Below are positions 50,801-60,717 of a stretch of 64,000 bases of DNA, in pieces. Location: positions 46,172 to 110,171 of the forward strand of contig JAZPYB010000028.1 of NCBI GenBank assembly GCA_045543955.1. Direction: 5' to 3'. Numbering within the stretch: position 1 is the first letter of the stretch; every line of letters begins with the position of its first letter. A program made the translations under genes and the position numbers. The stretch is from Eubacteriales bacterium (lineage in GTDB: Bacteria > Bacillota > Clostridia > Oscillospirales > CAG-272). Below the pieces are notes generated by a model. It was not told where the DNA came from. It ran no database searches and was given only the letters and a program-made list of their open reading frames with translations.

Positions 50801-53800
50801 GGTGGCTCATACCTTTACCCTGCAAACGTTGACGTAGAGTTTGACGCACAAGAGCACAACCTAAAGAACAATACAAAATATACAGTAAAGGTTGTTGGTT
50901 ATCTCGACTATGATAATGATGGCTTGGAAACAAACCTAAACAACACCTTTGAATTCCCGTTCACAACAGACTTTGAGGCTCCTGCTATCACAGGCTGTGA
51001 ATTCTATACAGAATACGATAAGGACCTTGAAAGAAACAGACTTTACGCAAGAATGGCTATCTTCGATAACCATTATGCAATGGCTGCGCAAATCGGTTAT
51101 GTAGACTCTGATTATCAGTTCCAATCGTTCAGCTCATATATGACTCCTATATATTCAACATATAACGGAATTACATATTTAGAGGTTGAATTGACCGACC
51201 ATATCTTTGATATCAGAGATAACGCAGTAAACTCAAACTCAATCGTTGTTGCGTGCTATGACTATGCGTTGAATGATGCAACATACGAAATTGGTCTTCC
51301 TGATGAGATTGAGGACTTCTATTTCAGCGAGGCAGAGATTACATTGAGCCCTAACGAGCTTTATAATCTTGCTCCTGTCCTCTATCCAGAAACAGAGTGG
51401 GGCGAGCTTCTCAGCTACCATTCATCAAACGAAAAGGTTGCTATAGTTGTTAACAATAAGGTTATCGGCTTAGAGCCAGGTGTAACAAGAATTTCAGCAA
51501 CAGATCCAAACACATACGAAACAAGATCGTTTAAGGTTACAGTTCTTAACCAAGACGATGAGGGCTACAAGTACTTTGACAAGCCAGTCGCAGACGAATT
51601 TAAGCTTGTTGGCTATGAAACCTTAAAGGCGTTCTACTTGGTTGACAGTAGTGAACGTGAAATCGGTGTTACAGGCGATGTAACAATATTCCCAAGCAAC
51701 AACTACAGCCTAGTGCTTTATCCATCGGAATCAGTTAAGCTAAAATATAAGCTTGATGCATTCTTCCCAGATGCAACCTCCGTTGTATTTGAAACGAGTG
51801 ATGATACAATCGTTACAATTTCTGAGGATGGTACAATAGTGGCACAGGATGAAGGCTTCTCATCCGTTAGCGTTAAGGTGCTCCTAAACGGCGAAAGCAC
51901 ATATTATTCACAAACAGTTAGCATTGAGGTTAAGGACCCATTCATCACAACCGCGCCAACACTTAAAAACTACTATGGTAATGGTGGCGTTGTAGAAATT
52001 CCTGCTTCCTTATTGCTTACAGAAATCGGTCAGTTTGCATTCTCCAACTTTGATTACATTCCAAAAGAGGAGTGGGAGCTTGATCCTGAAGACCCAAGCA
52101 CATCAAAGATGTGGTATCTCGGCGAGCATACAATCACAAAGGTAATAATCCCTGAGGGTGTAAAAAAGATTAATCCTTACGCATTTGCAAACCTAACTGC
52201 ACTTGAGGAGGTTGTTCTTCCTTCTACAATGGAGGCAATTGAGTATGGCGCATTCCTCGGCTGTGTAAACCTAAAGAAGGTTGAAGGTCTTGAATACGTA
52301 CAGCTCATAAACAAGGAAGCATTTGCTTTCTGTAACCTAGAGGGTACAATTTCTCTTGATAACGCTTGCGCAATAGGTGATTACGCATTTGCTGAAAACG
52401 GCGAAAGAGAAGACTCAAATGAAGACGGCATTGTTGATATGTACGATAAGATAGTTTCCTACAACCTAGAGGGCGCTATCTTGCCAGAAAAGCTACAATC
52501 AATTGGTGCTTATGCATTCTATCACAACGAAAAATTAACAGATGTTACAGTTAATGCCGAGAAGGTTAAATATGGACCTTATGTATTCTCAAATTGTACA
52601 TCACTTAAAACAATTAATATGAACGCAAATGTTATTCCTGAGGGTGCGTTCTTCGGTTGCTCCAGCCTTGAAACCGTTACTATCGGCAAGGATGTATCAA
52701 CAATTGGCGAGTTTGCCTTTGCAAGAACAAATATTTCAGAATTTACATTTGTAGATGAAAACAAATCATTCATTCTTTCCGAAAATGGCGACTATGTTCT
52801 TTCTGCTGACGGAACAACACTATTGTTTGTTTCTCCAACTGTTAGTGGAGAGTTCACTCTTGACAATGAGAGCATAACCAAAATCGGCAAGGGCGCATTT
52901 GCTTACAACACAAAAATCACAAGCATTAATATTCCAAGCATAACAGTAGTTGATGACAATGCATTTGCATATTGTACAAAGCTAGAAACAGTTACACTTG
53001 GCACATTGAAAGAAATTGGAGATTATGCATTCTTTAGAACTGCAATAACTCAACTTCCTTCATTTAATATTATAGAAGAAATCGGTGCATACGCATTTGC
53101 TTACACAAAAATCACCAGTGTTGAAATCCCTAACTCGGTTGTAGTTGGAGAGGGCGCATTCTGCGAGTGCACAGAGATTGAAACAGTTGTAATAGGCGAT
53201 GGTGTTGTTCTTGGAACAGGCGCGTTTATGCTTTCAAGAGACTACAACTTCGCAGACGAATTAAAGAGAGACCCAAGCTACACTGACCAAAAGGTTTATT
53301 ACTATGAATATACCTCCAAGCTAACAAGCTTGACAATCGGTAAGAATGTAGTAATTGGTGATAGCGCATTTATGGGCGCAGCTAAGCTAGAGTCCGTAAC
53401 TCTAGGAAAGGGTGCAAGCCTTGGCGCACAAGCATTCTACAATGCTCCATGCCTAAAGACAATTGACCTTTCACATGTTGTTTCAATAGGCGACAGAGCC
53501 TTTAGTGGAGATATTCTTTATACATATTCAGACCAAGGCGCGCAAATAGTTGCTCTTGACGAAAATGGATATTATATTTACCACTACTATTCAGCAGCTC
53601 TTGAAAATATCGACCTTTCAAGCCTCACATTTATCGGTAAGGAAGCATTTACAAACTGTAATAGCCTCACAACCGTTAAGCTAGGCAAAAAGCTTGCTGA
53701 AATTTCAGAAAACGCATTTATGAACTGTAAAAAGCTTTCAAGCATCAATCTTGAAAATGTTAAGGTTGTTGGATTGCAAGCATTTGCAGAAACACCACTT

Positions 53801-55348
53801 ACATATGTTGACCTTTCATCCTGTGAAAGAGTTGACAATTACGCATTCGTAAACTGTAAGGAGCTAAAAGAGGTTAAGCTTAACACAAACGGCACAGTTA
53901 TTAACGAAGGTGCGTTTGCTTATGCGTCTTCATTAAATAACGTAATCAACCTTTATAGAGTAGAAGAAATCAGCGCATACGCATTTGCTTATACAGCAAT
54001 AAACAGAGCAAATCTTGTATCTTGCGTTTCAATTGGCGACTGGGCATTTATGAAGGAGGAGCTTACAGACTTTGAGGTTATCCTTGGTACAAGCATTAAA
54101 ACTCTTGGAGATAACCCATTTGCAATGTGTAAGATTGCTCCATTCAGCAAGACAGTATCAACTGAATTCAATGGAGTAAAATATGAGGAAGTAATTTACA
54201 CCTTTGACATTAACGAAAATGTAACAGTAATTGATGGCTCGCTTTATACAAGAGTTCCATCAGGACTTGAATTAACTACATTTGCTGGCACAGAGCATAC
54301 AAATGTAAAGGTTGCAGATGACACAGTTAGAATTTCTGCTATGGCATTTGCAGGTAGCGATGTTGTAAGAGTTACATTACCTGAGCTTCTAAAATCAATA
54401 GGCCATAAGGCATTTTATGATTGCGATAAGCTCATTACAGTAATCTTTACAAGCTACGAAGCACCAGTTCTTGAGGAGGAATTTGACAGCGCTTATTACG
54501 ATAGCTTTGAAAACCTTCCTGCAACTGGCGAATATGAATTTACAGATTATGAGGGCAATGTTCTTGTATTTGAGGGACTCGAAATAGTTCCTTACTATAT
54601 GTGGAATGTTTCAGACGGAAAGTACTCTAATGCTTATTACGGTGCAAACTTCGTAAATCAAATAGGACACGGCAACCCAAATCTTGTAATGGTAAGACCT
54701 ACAAACGGCTTATACTACGACACATTTATCTATTCACAATATTTCACAACAATGGTTGATGGTATTGTTGCTAAGAGACAAGATACTCTTATCGCAATAG
54801 AGGCAATTAATAAGCTTCCAGCTGAAATCACATTGGCTGACGAGGCTGCAGTTATTTTGGCAAGAGAGCTATATGATAAGGCAGCATCTATCGACAATCA
54901 AAAGGCACTTATTGAAAACTACTCAGTGCTTGTTTCTGCCGAGAATACAATTCTCGCACTCAAGAGCTTAGAGTCAGAGGGCGATGGAACTCCTGAAACA
55001 CCGGAACAAACTCCAGATAAAGCTCCAAATGACATTGAAGAGGATAACAACACAGGCTATATTGTTACAATAGTTGTTATTTCAGTGGTTGGCTTAGGAT
55101 TACTTGTTATTTTGGTTCTTGCACTAGTTTTAATTGTTGCATCAACAGTAACACATACCCCTGTTTCTGTGGTCGTTTCTACATGGCTAGTAAACACAAT
55201 GCAAAAAAGACTCTTAAAGCGTCTTGCAAAGCAATCAAAAAAGATTGAAAAGGCGCAGCTAAAGGCAGTAAAGAAAGCAGAAAAGCAAGTAAAAAAGGGT
55301 AAAAAATCAAAGAAAAAATCATCTAAAGATGATATTGTGATAGAATGA
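47888..55348 (+). CDS. cell-envelope S8 (subtilase) protease with PA, Fn3/Ig-like and BspA-type LRR domains, C-terminal TM anchor
   Basis: Triad VLDTG / HGTHVSG / SGTSMA; many IG..AF..C..L repeats; signal peptide; TM helix plus Lys-rich tail. Confidence 0.92.
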   Translation: MNRKVLTRTTTIMIAIILLAATLFSLAIPVFGQDDSTFNSSYIKDVSNEINIDAEQYFDNSVVQKLPSSVKENDEISVILSLGTTPLLDAYKQKEREISFADYVLSEEAKGIVADIEFEKSAIIDALNENEIDFELGADYTVLLSGFEIVIKAKDFELTCQSTKSFAKAIVSEVYNVSETKLVENSVNVYETGIFDSSSYKYDGTGMVVAVLDTGLDYTHPAFSVDRFTADRKKLGLTRNMVAERLAMTKAAAILNGLSVDDVYLNDKVPFSFDYADRDADVYSLHNNHGTHVSGVIVGKDDTITGVAPNAQLVSMKIFSDIQDSAKASWILDALEDCVVLNVDVINMSLGTACGFSRESDKEAMTGVYDKIRAQGISLVVAASNSFSSSYGSEKNGNLGLTTNPDTATVGSPSTYEGAMSVASINGVKTPYILYNGRIVYFVESTNSAAKERNFVEDLLGSGDDEQEFEYVLVPGAGRNADYTGMDVKGKIVLVERGSNTFEEKANVAARKGAVGIIVFNNVSGDIRMNVGTSNLAICSISQEDGKVLAEAGSGTITVSRSQSSGPFMSDFSSWGPSPSLGIKPEITAHGGNILSSITGGGYDRLSGTSMACPNLAGVTILLRQYVTENYDKIIGDNETNEYKREVQINAAVNRLMMSTADIIYNKNGLPYAVRKQGAGLANLTSATLTRAYLLTYDRLTGKAMDKTKIELGDDPEKTGVYTLNFSVVNFGNTYYSYDVIASVLTEGVSDVKTHQGQTTVTEEGYLLEGASIKVTANGGTLINNNITVPAGEKVDLTVTITLTEENKKYIDDNFANGMYVEGFVSLKPTWGTDISLNVPYLAFYGDWTKAPLFDLDYFETNADELDDNIPTLDKTLPDAYATRPIGGIEEDYVSYLGSYYFLQNPNNKIISASRDYIAISNTVGTIHSIRFIWTGMLRNASKVVVTITDDATGEVVFETVEKDVRKSYGDGGSYLYPANVDVEFDAQEHNLKNNTKYTVKVVGYLDYDNDGLETNLNNTFEFPFTTDFEAPAITGCEFYTEYDKDLERNRLYARMAIFDNHYAMAAQIGYVDSDYQFQSFSSYMTPIYSTYNGITYLEVELTDHIFDIRDNAVNSNSIVVACYDYALNDATYEIGLPDEIEDFYFSEAEITLSPNELYNLAPVLYPETEWGELLSYHSSNEKVAIVVNNKVIGLEPGVTRISATDPNTYETRSFKVTVLNQDDEGYKYFDKPVADEFKLVGYETLKAFYLVDSSEREIGVTGDVTIFPSNNYSLVLYPSESVKLKYKLDAFFPDATSVVFETSDDTIVTISEDGTIVAQDEGFSSVSVKVLLNGESTYYSQTVSIEVKDPFITTAPTLKNYYGNGGVVEIPASLLLTEIGQFAFSNFDYIPKEEWELDPEDPSTSKMWYLGEHTITKVIIPEGVKKINPYAFANLTALEEVVLPSTMEAIEYGAFLGCVNLKKVEGLEYVQLINKEAFAFCNLEGTISLDNACAIGDYAFAENGEREDSNEDGIVDMYDKIVSYNLEGAILPEKLQSIGAYAFYHNEKLTDVTVNAEKVKYGPYVFSNCTSLKTINMNANVIPEGAFFGCSSLETVTIGKDVSTIGEFAFARTNISEFTFVDENKSFILSENGDYVLSADGTTLLFVSPTVSGEFTLDNESITKIGKGAFAYNTKITSINIPSITVVDDNAFAYCTKLETVTLGTLKEIGDYAFFRTAITQLPSFNIIEEIGAYAFAYTKITSVEIPNSVVVGEGAFCECTEIETVVIGDGVVLGTGAFMLSRDYNFADELKRDPSYTDQKVYYYEYTSKLTSLTIGKNVVIGDSAFMGAAKLESVTLGKGASLGAQAFYNAPCLKTIDLSHVVSIGDRAFSGDILYTYSDQGAQIVALDENGYYIYHYYSAALENIDLSSLTFIGKEAFTNCNSLTTVKLGKKLAEISENAFMNCKKLSSINLENVKVVGLQAFAETPLTYVDLSSCERVDNYAFVNCKELKEVKLNTNGTVINEGAFAYASSLNNVINLYRVEEISAYAFAYTAINRANLVSCVSIGDWAFMKEELTDFEVILGTSIKTLGDNPFAMCKIAPFSKTVSTEFNGVKYEEVIYTFDINENVTVIDGSLYTRVPSGLELTTFAGTEHTNVKVADDTVRISAMAFAGSDVVRVTLPELLKSIGHKAFYDCDKLITVIFTSYEAPVLEEEFDSAYYDSFENLPATGEYEFTDYEGNVLVFEGLEIVPYYMWNVSDGKYSNAYYGANFVNQIGHGNPNLVMVRPTNGLYYDTFIYSQYFTTMVDGIVAKRQDTLIAIEAINKLPAEITLADEAAVILARELYDKAASIDNQKALIENYSVLVSAENTILALKSLESEGDGTPETPEQTPDKAPNDIEEDNNTGYIVTIVVISVVGLGLLVILVLALVLIVASTVTHTPVSVVVSTWLVNTMQKRLLKRLAKQSKKIEKAQLKAVKKAEKQVKKGKKSKKKSSKDDIVIE

Positions 55349-55447
55349 GCCTAAGCTCTTTGACAAAAATAGTTAATTAAAAACCGATTATACGTATTGT
55401 GCCACTCGGCATAATACGTGTAGCGGTAAGAAAAAGGAACAAATATA

Positions 55448-56947
55448 ATGAATAAGAAAATTAAATTATTGTTTATTGCGTTTGCAATATTCCTTATGTG
55501 CTTATTTGTTGCCTCATGCTCTAATAAAAGCGTGTATGATGAATACGATGATGATGGATATAAAGTAACGATTAGATATGATGCAAACGGCGGCTATTTT
55601 GGTAACGCTGGACAGCTTTATGTAAACGATACATATAATCTAGGTAAATATAGGGTAAACGAAAATGGAATGAAGGAGCTTCGCCTAATTGACTTGAACG
55701 ATGCAAGCAGAGGTAAAGCAAACAGATATCCACTAGACCCAGCATCAAATGTAGGATATTTCCACGCTGGCTGGTATACTGAAAAGACAGCTATGAAGGA
55801 TGCAAACGGCAACCTAATAAAGGACGATTTAGGTAACGTAGTATATAGCTACTCAGGAAAAATTAAGTTTCCACAGACAATAGAAATAGACCCAAAGAAA
55901 GAGTATTCAGCAGATGAGCCTGCTGTTACTGTATATGCCGCATGGGTAAGATGCCCACAAATTGAGGTATATGAAAAGGTTAACGGTAAGGACGTACTCG
56001 TAGGAACATACGAGGTATCAAAGCCACTAACAAAAGGTGGAGATTCAATTATTCTCCCATCAATTGACAGTGAAACTGGATATATGAAATTTAACACACT
56101 GGCAAGCGTTGGCGACTGGCAGGAAAGAACCTATGAGGATCATATCGCAATGACCGATAACGGACCTGTCACAATAAAGGTTACAAAGTTTTTTGACGGA
56201 TTTTATCTTGATTCCGCTCGCCAAAACAAGTTAAGCGGCACATCATATAAGCTTCCATTTGTTTATGATGAAGAAACCGCTACCATTAAAAATACAAAGC
56301 TAAAGCTTTATACAGGCTATGAAGAAAGAGTTGGCGAATGGTATAAGATTTATACAGCAAGTCAGCTTGAGGATACTGCAAATGAAACTGCAAGCTATGA
56401 AATTTTGGCAGACCTTGTGTTTACCGAGAGAGTTTCATGGCCAAACGCGTTTAGAACAGGCACCTTCGAAGGCAAAATTTTTGGTAATGGTCATACAATA
56501 AGCAACATTAGTATAGACAGTACAAATGGTCAATATTTCGGTATGTTCAAGGAAATTACAACCGATGCAGTAATTGAGAACATCACATTTGATAATGTAG
56601 TAGCAACACTTGATAAGTCGTATAGATATCCGGGTGGTAGATATGCGTTGTTTGCTGCAGTAATTTCAGGCGACGAAAATGGAGAAAGAAAGCCATTTGA
56701 AAACGTTAATATTATAAATTCAAAATTGGTTGTTTGCGCATCAGCTTACACAATAGAAACTAGTGATTATGAGGTTGGTTTACTTTGTGCAGACGGATAT
56801 AGTGAAAGCCTAGGAATTGACATAAGTGGTATTTCATATGAAACCTATGAGGAGGAATATGATATTTACACACTAAAAATTTCCAAGGGCGCAGACGGAA
56901 ACCAAATCAATCTTCTCTTTGAGATAAAGCCAGAGGAAGAGGAATAA
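55448..56947 (+). CDS. lipoprotein with InlB-B-like repeat and GLUG-like beta-helix segment
   Basis: Lipobox VASC, YDANGG...GWY, F.GKIFGNGHTISN...GMF. Confidence 0.75.
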   Translation: MNKKIKLLFIAFAIFLMCLFVASCSNKSVYDEYDDDGYKVTIRYDANGGYFGNAGQLYVNDTYNLGKYRVNENGMKELRLIDLNDASRGKANRYPLDPASNVGYFHAGWYTEKTAMKDANGNLIKDDLGNVVYSYSGKIKFPQTIEIDPKKEYSADEPAVTVYAAWVRCPQIEVYEKVNGKDVLVGTYEVSKPLTKGGDSIILPSIDSETGYMKFNTLASVGDWQERTYEDHIAMTDNGPVTIKVTKFFDGFYLDSARQNKLSGTSYKLPFVYDEETATIKNTKLKLYTGYEERVGEWYKIYTASQLEDTANETASYEILADLVFTERVSWPNAFRTGTFEGKIFGNGHTISNISIDSTNGQYFGMFKEITTDAVIENITFDNVVATLDKSYRYPGGRYALFAAVISGDENGERKPFENVNIINSKLVVCASAYTIETSDYEVGLLCADGYSESLGIDISGISYETYEEEYDIYTLKISKGADGNQINLLFEIKPEEEE

Positions 56948-56990
56948 TTAGCTTATTAAAATTTTACATATACAAAAAGGAGAAAACACA

Positions 56991-59627
56991 ATGAAAAAGA
57001 GAATACTCGCACTTGTGCTTTGCATTTTAATGTGCTTGGGCACGGTTGCACTTTTCTCAAGCTGTGGCAAAAGTAATGGTGGAAAGCCAGACGCTTTCGT
57101 TATTATGTCCGAGGACTTCGATGGTGTATTTAACCCGTTCTTCTCAACAACAGCAGCAGATGGTACAATAGTATCAATGACACAAATCGGCATGCTCTCA
57201 TCAGAGTATGTAAATGGTGTGGTTCAAGAAGCGTATGGCGAGGACCACGCAACAGTAACAAAGGACTTTGAAATTTCAGAGTACGACAAAAAGAATGACG
57301 AAACAGTTTATACCTTCGTTTTAAAGAATGGTATCAAGTATTCAGATGGACAACCACTTACAATGGAGGACGTTCTTTTCAACCTCTATGTATATCTTGA
57401 CCCATCCTACACAGGCTCAGCAACAATCTATTCAACAAAGATTAAGGGCCTTTCAGAGTACAGAACCCAATCAAATGCTTCAGGCAGCACAAGCCAAGAC
57501 GAAATTATTACTGAGCAAGCTGCGAAGAGAGCACAAGCGCGTATTAACGAGCTTATAAATATTTTTGTTTCAAATGGCAAAAACCAAAGCGGCTACGAGC
57601 TATCATATGACGATATGGTAGCAGCAATTGAAAAGAAGAAGCCTTCAAAGGGCTACAAGGAAGCAGTTGCAGGTGGCGGAACAAATGAAACACTACTTGC
57701 TGACTATGAATATGCATTAAAGCTATTCAAGGAAGAGCTTAATGACGACTATGTAGCTGCACAAAGCGCATATACAGAAACAGAGCCATATAAGTCCCAC
57801 CCATTCTTCAAGGATGAGGTTGCTCGCTTTATGTACCACGAAGGATATGTAACAATCGAGTGGGGCAAAAAGGTAGTTAACGGTAAGGAAACAGATGACA
57901 AGAGCGTTATCGTTTCTGTAACTCCTAACTACAATACATCAACAGTTACAACAAAGGAAACAGCTATTAATTATGTATATGATGCAAAGGTAGAAACAGA
58001 GCTTCATATTATCCTTTCTGCTTGGGCAACAGCTGCTGAGCTTATGACAGAATATACAGCTGAGGCTAAGGGCGTAATTCTAAACGAGGGCAAGAAGGGC
58101 GATTCACTAGTTTATGACCACGTTTCTGGTATCGTTTCACTTGGTCACAACACAAATGAAACATCTATAACAGTAAACGGAAATGAGTACAAAATTGCTC
58201 AAGAGCATAACGAGGATGGAACTCCAAAGAATGCTGATGAGTATGATGTTCTTCAAATCACTATTGAGGGACAAGACCCTAAGGCAAAATGGAACTTCGC
58301 TTTCTCAGTAGCTCCTCAACACTACTATGGCGATAGCACACAATATCCAGTAGATATTGAAAACAACAAGTTTGGTGTAGATTATGCTTCATATGATTTT
58401 ATGAAGAATGTAATTCAAAAGCCAAACAAAACAGCAGTACCAGTTGGTGCTGGTGCATATAAGGCAACAAATGTAAAAAATGAAGACAATCCGGTAGGTA
58501 CTGGCTTCCTTTCAAATAACGTTGTTTACTTCAAGGCAAACACTCTATTTGAAACAGTAGGAGAAAAGATTCAAAACGCAAAGATTGAAAAGGTTCGTTA
58601 TCAAGCGCTCCCAGCAGCTGACGCGATTGCAAACCTCGAAAGCGGAAGCGTTCACTATATCTCTCCACAATTAACAGACGAAAACTATGACAAATTAACA
58701 TCATTGCAAAACAAGGGTGGCTTTAAATTTATGCAAGAAAAGCAGCTCGGCTATGGTTATATCGGTATCAACGCAGATAAAATTCAAAGCCTAGAGCTTC
58801 GTCAAGCTATTATGTGCGCAATGAATACAGCAACATCACTTAGCTACTACCGTCCAGGAACAGCTGAGCAAATCTTCTGGCCTATGTCAACAGTAAGCTG
58901 GGCATATCCAAGAACAGAAAATGAAGAAGGCGAGCTTGTCCTTGATAATAAGAACAATAAAAACTATCCATATATTGGTAACTGGTCATCAGATCTAAAT
59001 GGTGATGGAATGGCAGATGGCGAGGCAGCAGCAAGAAAGAATATCGAAGCACTTGTTCAAAAAGCAAAGAAGAACGGCTATACAGACAAGGATTTGAAGA
59101 TTGAATTTACAATTGCCGGAGCTTCAACTGACCACCCAACCTTCCAAACATTTATTGATGCCGCAGCACTTCTTAATAGCATGGGCTGGGATATCACAGT
59201 AGTTCCTGATGCAACAGCGCTTACAAAGCTTTCAAGCGGTGGTCTTACAGTTTGGGCAGCTGCTTGGGGCTCAACACTTGACCCTGATATGTATCAGGTA
59301 TATCACAAGAATTCAACAGCATCCAGTACAAGAGCTTGGGGCTACAACTTCCTAAGAACAGAGGGCGGTGAGCAAGAGGCTATTCTTGATGACCTCAGTG
59401 AAAAGATTGACGAGGCAAGAGAGATTCTTGACGAAAACGAGCGTGCAGCTATCTATAAGGAGGCTATGAGCTTGCTACTTGACCTTGCAGTTGAGCTTCC
59501 TGTATATCAAAGAAGCGTAGTTTATGCATATAACTCAGACGTGATTGACCCAGAGTCATTCCCTGCAGTTTCTAATCCTTATTCATCACCACTTGATAGA
59601 ATTTGGGAGCTTGAATTTAAAGACTAA
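56991..59627 (+). CDS. oppA: oligopeptide ABC transporter substrate-binding lipoprotein (family 5, enlarged)
   Basis: Lipobox FSSC, YTF.LK.G.K.SDG.PLT.EDV.F, PVGAGAYK, LRQA. Confidence 0.9.
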   Translation: MKKRILALVLCILMCLGTVALFSSCGKSNGGKPDAFVIMSEDFDGVFNPFFSTTAADGTIVSMTQIGMLSSEYVNGVVQEAYGEDHATVTKDFEISEYDKKNDETVYTFVLKNGIKYSDGQPLTMEDVLFNLYVYLDPSYTGSATIYSTKIKGLSEYRTQSNASGSTSQDEIITEQAAKRAQARINELINIFVSNGKNQSGYELSYDDMVAAIEKKKPSKGYKEAVAGGGTNETLLADYEYALKLFKEELNDDYVAAQSAYTETEPYKSHPFFKDEVARFMYHEGYVTIEWGKKVVNGKETDDKSVIVSVTPNYNTSTVTTKETAINYVYDAKVETELHIILSAWATAAELMTEYTAEAKGVILNEGKKGDSLVYDHVSGIVSLGHNTNETSITVNGNEYKIAQEHNEDGTPKNADEYDVLQITIEGQDPKAKWNFAFSVAPQHYYGDSTQYPVDIENNKFGVDYASYDFMKNVIQKPNKTAVPVGAGAYKATNVKNEDNPVGTGFLSNNVVYFKANTLFETVGEKIQNAKIEKVRYQALPAADAIANLESGSVHYISPQLTDENYDKLTSLQNKGGFKFMQEKQLGYGYIGINADKIQSLELRQAIMCAMNTATSLSYYRPGTAEQIFWPMSTVSWAYPRTENEEGELVLDNKNNKNYPYIGNWSSDLNGDGMADGEAAARKNIEALVQKAKKNGYTDKDLKIEFTIAGASTDHPTFQTFIDAAALLNSMGWDITVVPDATALTKLSSGGLTVWAAAWGSTLDPDMYQVYHKNSTASSTRAWGYNFLRTEGGEQEAILDDLSEKIDEAREILDENERAAIYKEAMSLLLDLAVELPVYQRSVVYAYNSDVIDPESFPAVSNPYSSPLDRIWELEFKD

Positions 59628-59641
59628 TTTGGAGTGATACA

Positions 59642-60703
59642 ATGTTAAAATATATACTAAAAAGAGTAGGATTATCTCTTCTTATATTAATAGCTGTATC
59701 TATTATCATTTACTTTCTAGTTCGTTTAATGCCGGTTGACTTCGTTGCTGCAAACGCGGGTATGAACTCAGAGCCTGAGACTCTTGATAAAATCCGCGAG
59801 CAGCTCGGCATTGGAGACAATAGCTTTGGCGGAATTGTAAAGGGATATTTTGATTGGCTAGGAAATTTGTTTGAATTTGAGAATGGCTTTATCACTCTCG
59901 GTCGTTCATTCAAGCTAAATAACCAACCAGTATCTCAAGTAATTCTCCAAGGCTTGCCAGTTTCATTCATTGTTGCATTGATTGCAACAGTATTTGAGTT
60001 TTTAATTGCAATTCCTCTAGGAATTACAGCGGCAACTCATCAATATTCATTCAGAGATTACTTCATTACTGTACTTGTAATGATAGGTATCTCCCTCCCA
60101 TCCTTCTTCTTTGCCAACATCTTTAAGGCGGCATTTGGAGACGGAGGAATAATAGATGGCATTTTGACCAACATATTCCAAGAGGGCTCGTCCGCTTATG
60201 AGTTCTTTAGTAGCTTCCTTGTTTTCCCAGTTTCGGGTACAACGGACGCATCACAAAGCGCGACGGGAATTATGGGTATTTTAGGCAATCTAAGATATTA
60301 CATATTGCCAATTTTCACCATCACTATTTTGAGCCTTGGTGGAAGAATGAGAATGACAAGAACCAATATGCTTGAGGTTCTAAACTCTGACTATATTCGT
60401 ACAGCCAGAGCAAAGGGACTAAAGGAAAGTAAGGTAATATATAAGCACGCCTTTAGAAATACATTAATCCCACTTGTAACAACATTAGCAGGACTTATAC
60501 CGGCACTATTCTCAGGTGCGATAATTACTGAAAAAATCTTCGGTCTTGATGGTATCGGTACAACTGCTCTTAACCTAACCAACAACGGAGATATTCCGTT
60601 TATTATGGGCTACAATATGTTCCTAGCAACTCTTAGTGTTATAGGAATTTTGATGTCAGATATTATGTACGCAATTGTTGACCCACGAGTAAAGCTGAAG
60701 TAA
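59642..60703 (+). CDS. oppB: oligopeptide ABC transporter permease
   Basis: MLKYILKR, DYIRTARAKGL, KHAFRN, DPRV. Confidence 0.93.
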   Translation: MLKYILKRVGLSLLILIAVSIIIYFLVRLMPVDFVAANAGMNSEPETLDKIREQLGIGDNSFGGIVKGYFDWLGNLFEFENGFITLGRSFKLNNQPVSQVILQGLPVSFIVALIATVFEFLIAIPLGITAATHQYSFRDYFITVLVMIGISLPSFFFANIFKAAFGDGGIIDGILTNIFQEGSSAYEFFSSFLVFPVSGTTDASQSATGIMGILGNLRYYILPIFTITILSLGGRMRMTRTNMLEVLNSDYIRTARAKGLKESKVIYKHAFRNTLIPLVTTLAGLIPALFSGAIITEKIFGLDGIGTTALNLTNNGDIPFIMGYNMFLATLSVIGILMSDIMYAIVDPRVKLK

Positions 60704-60717
60704 AGGAGTGCAGATAG

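Noticed and set aside
51900-54450. LRR region as a diversity-generating retroelement target
   Set aside because: No reverse transcriptase and no near-identical template/variable repeat pair seen
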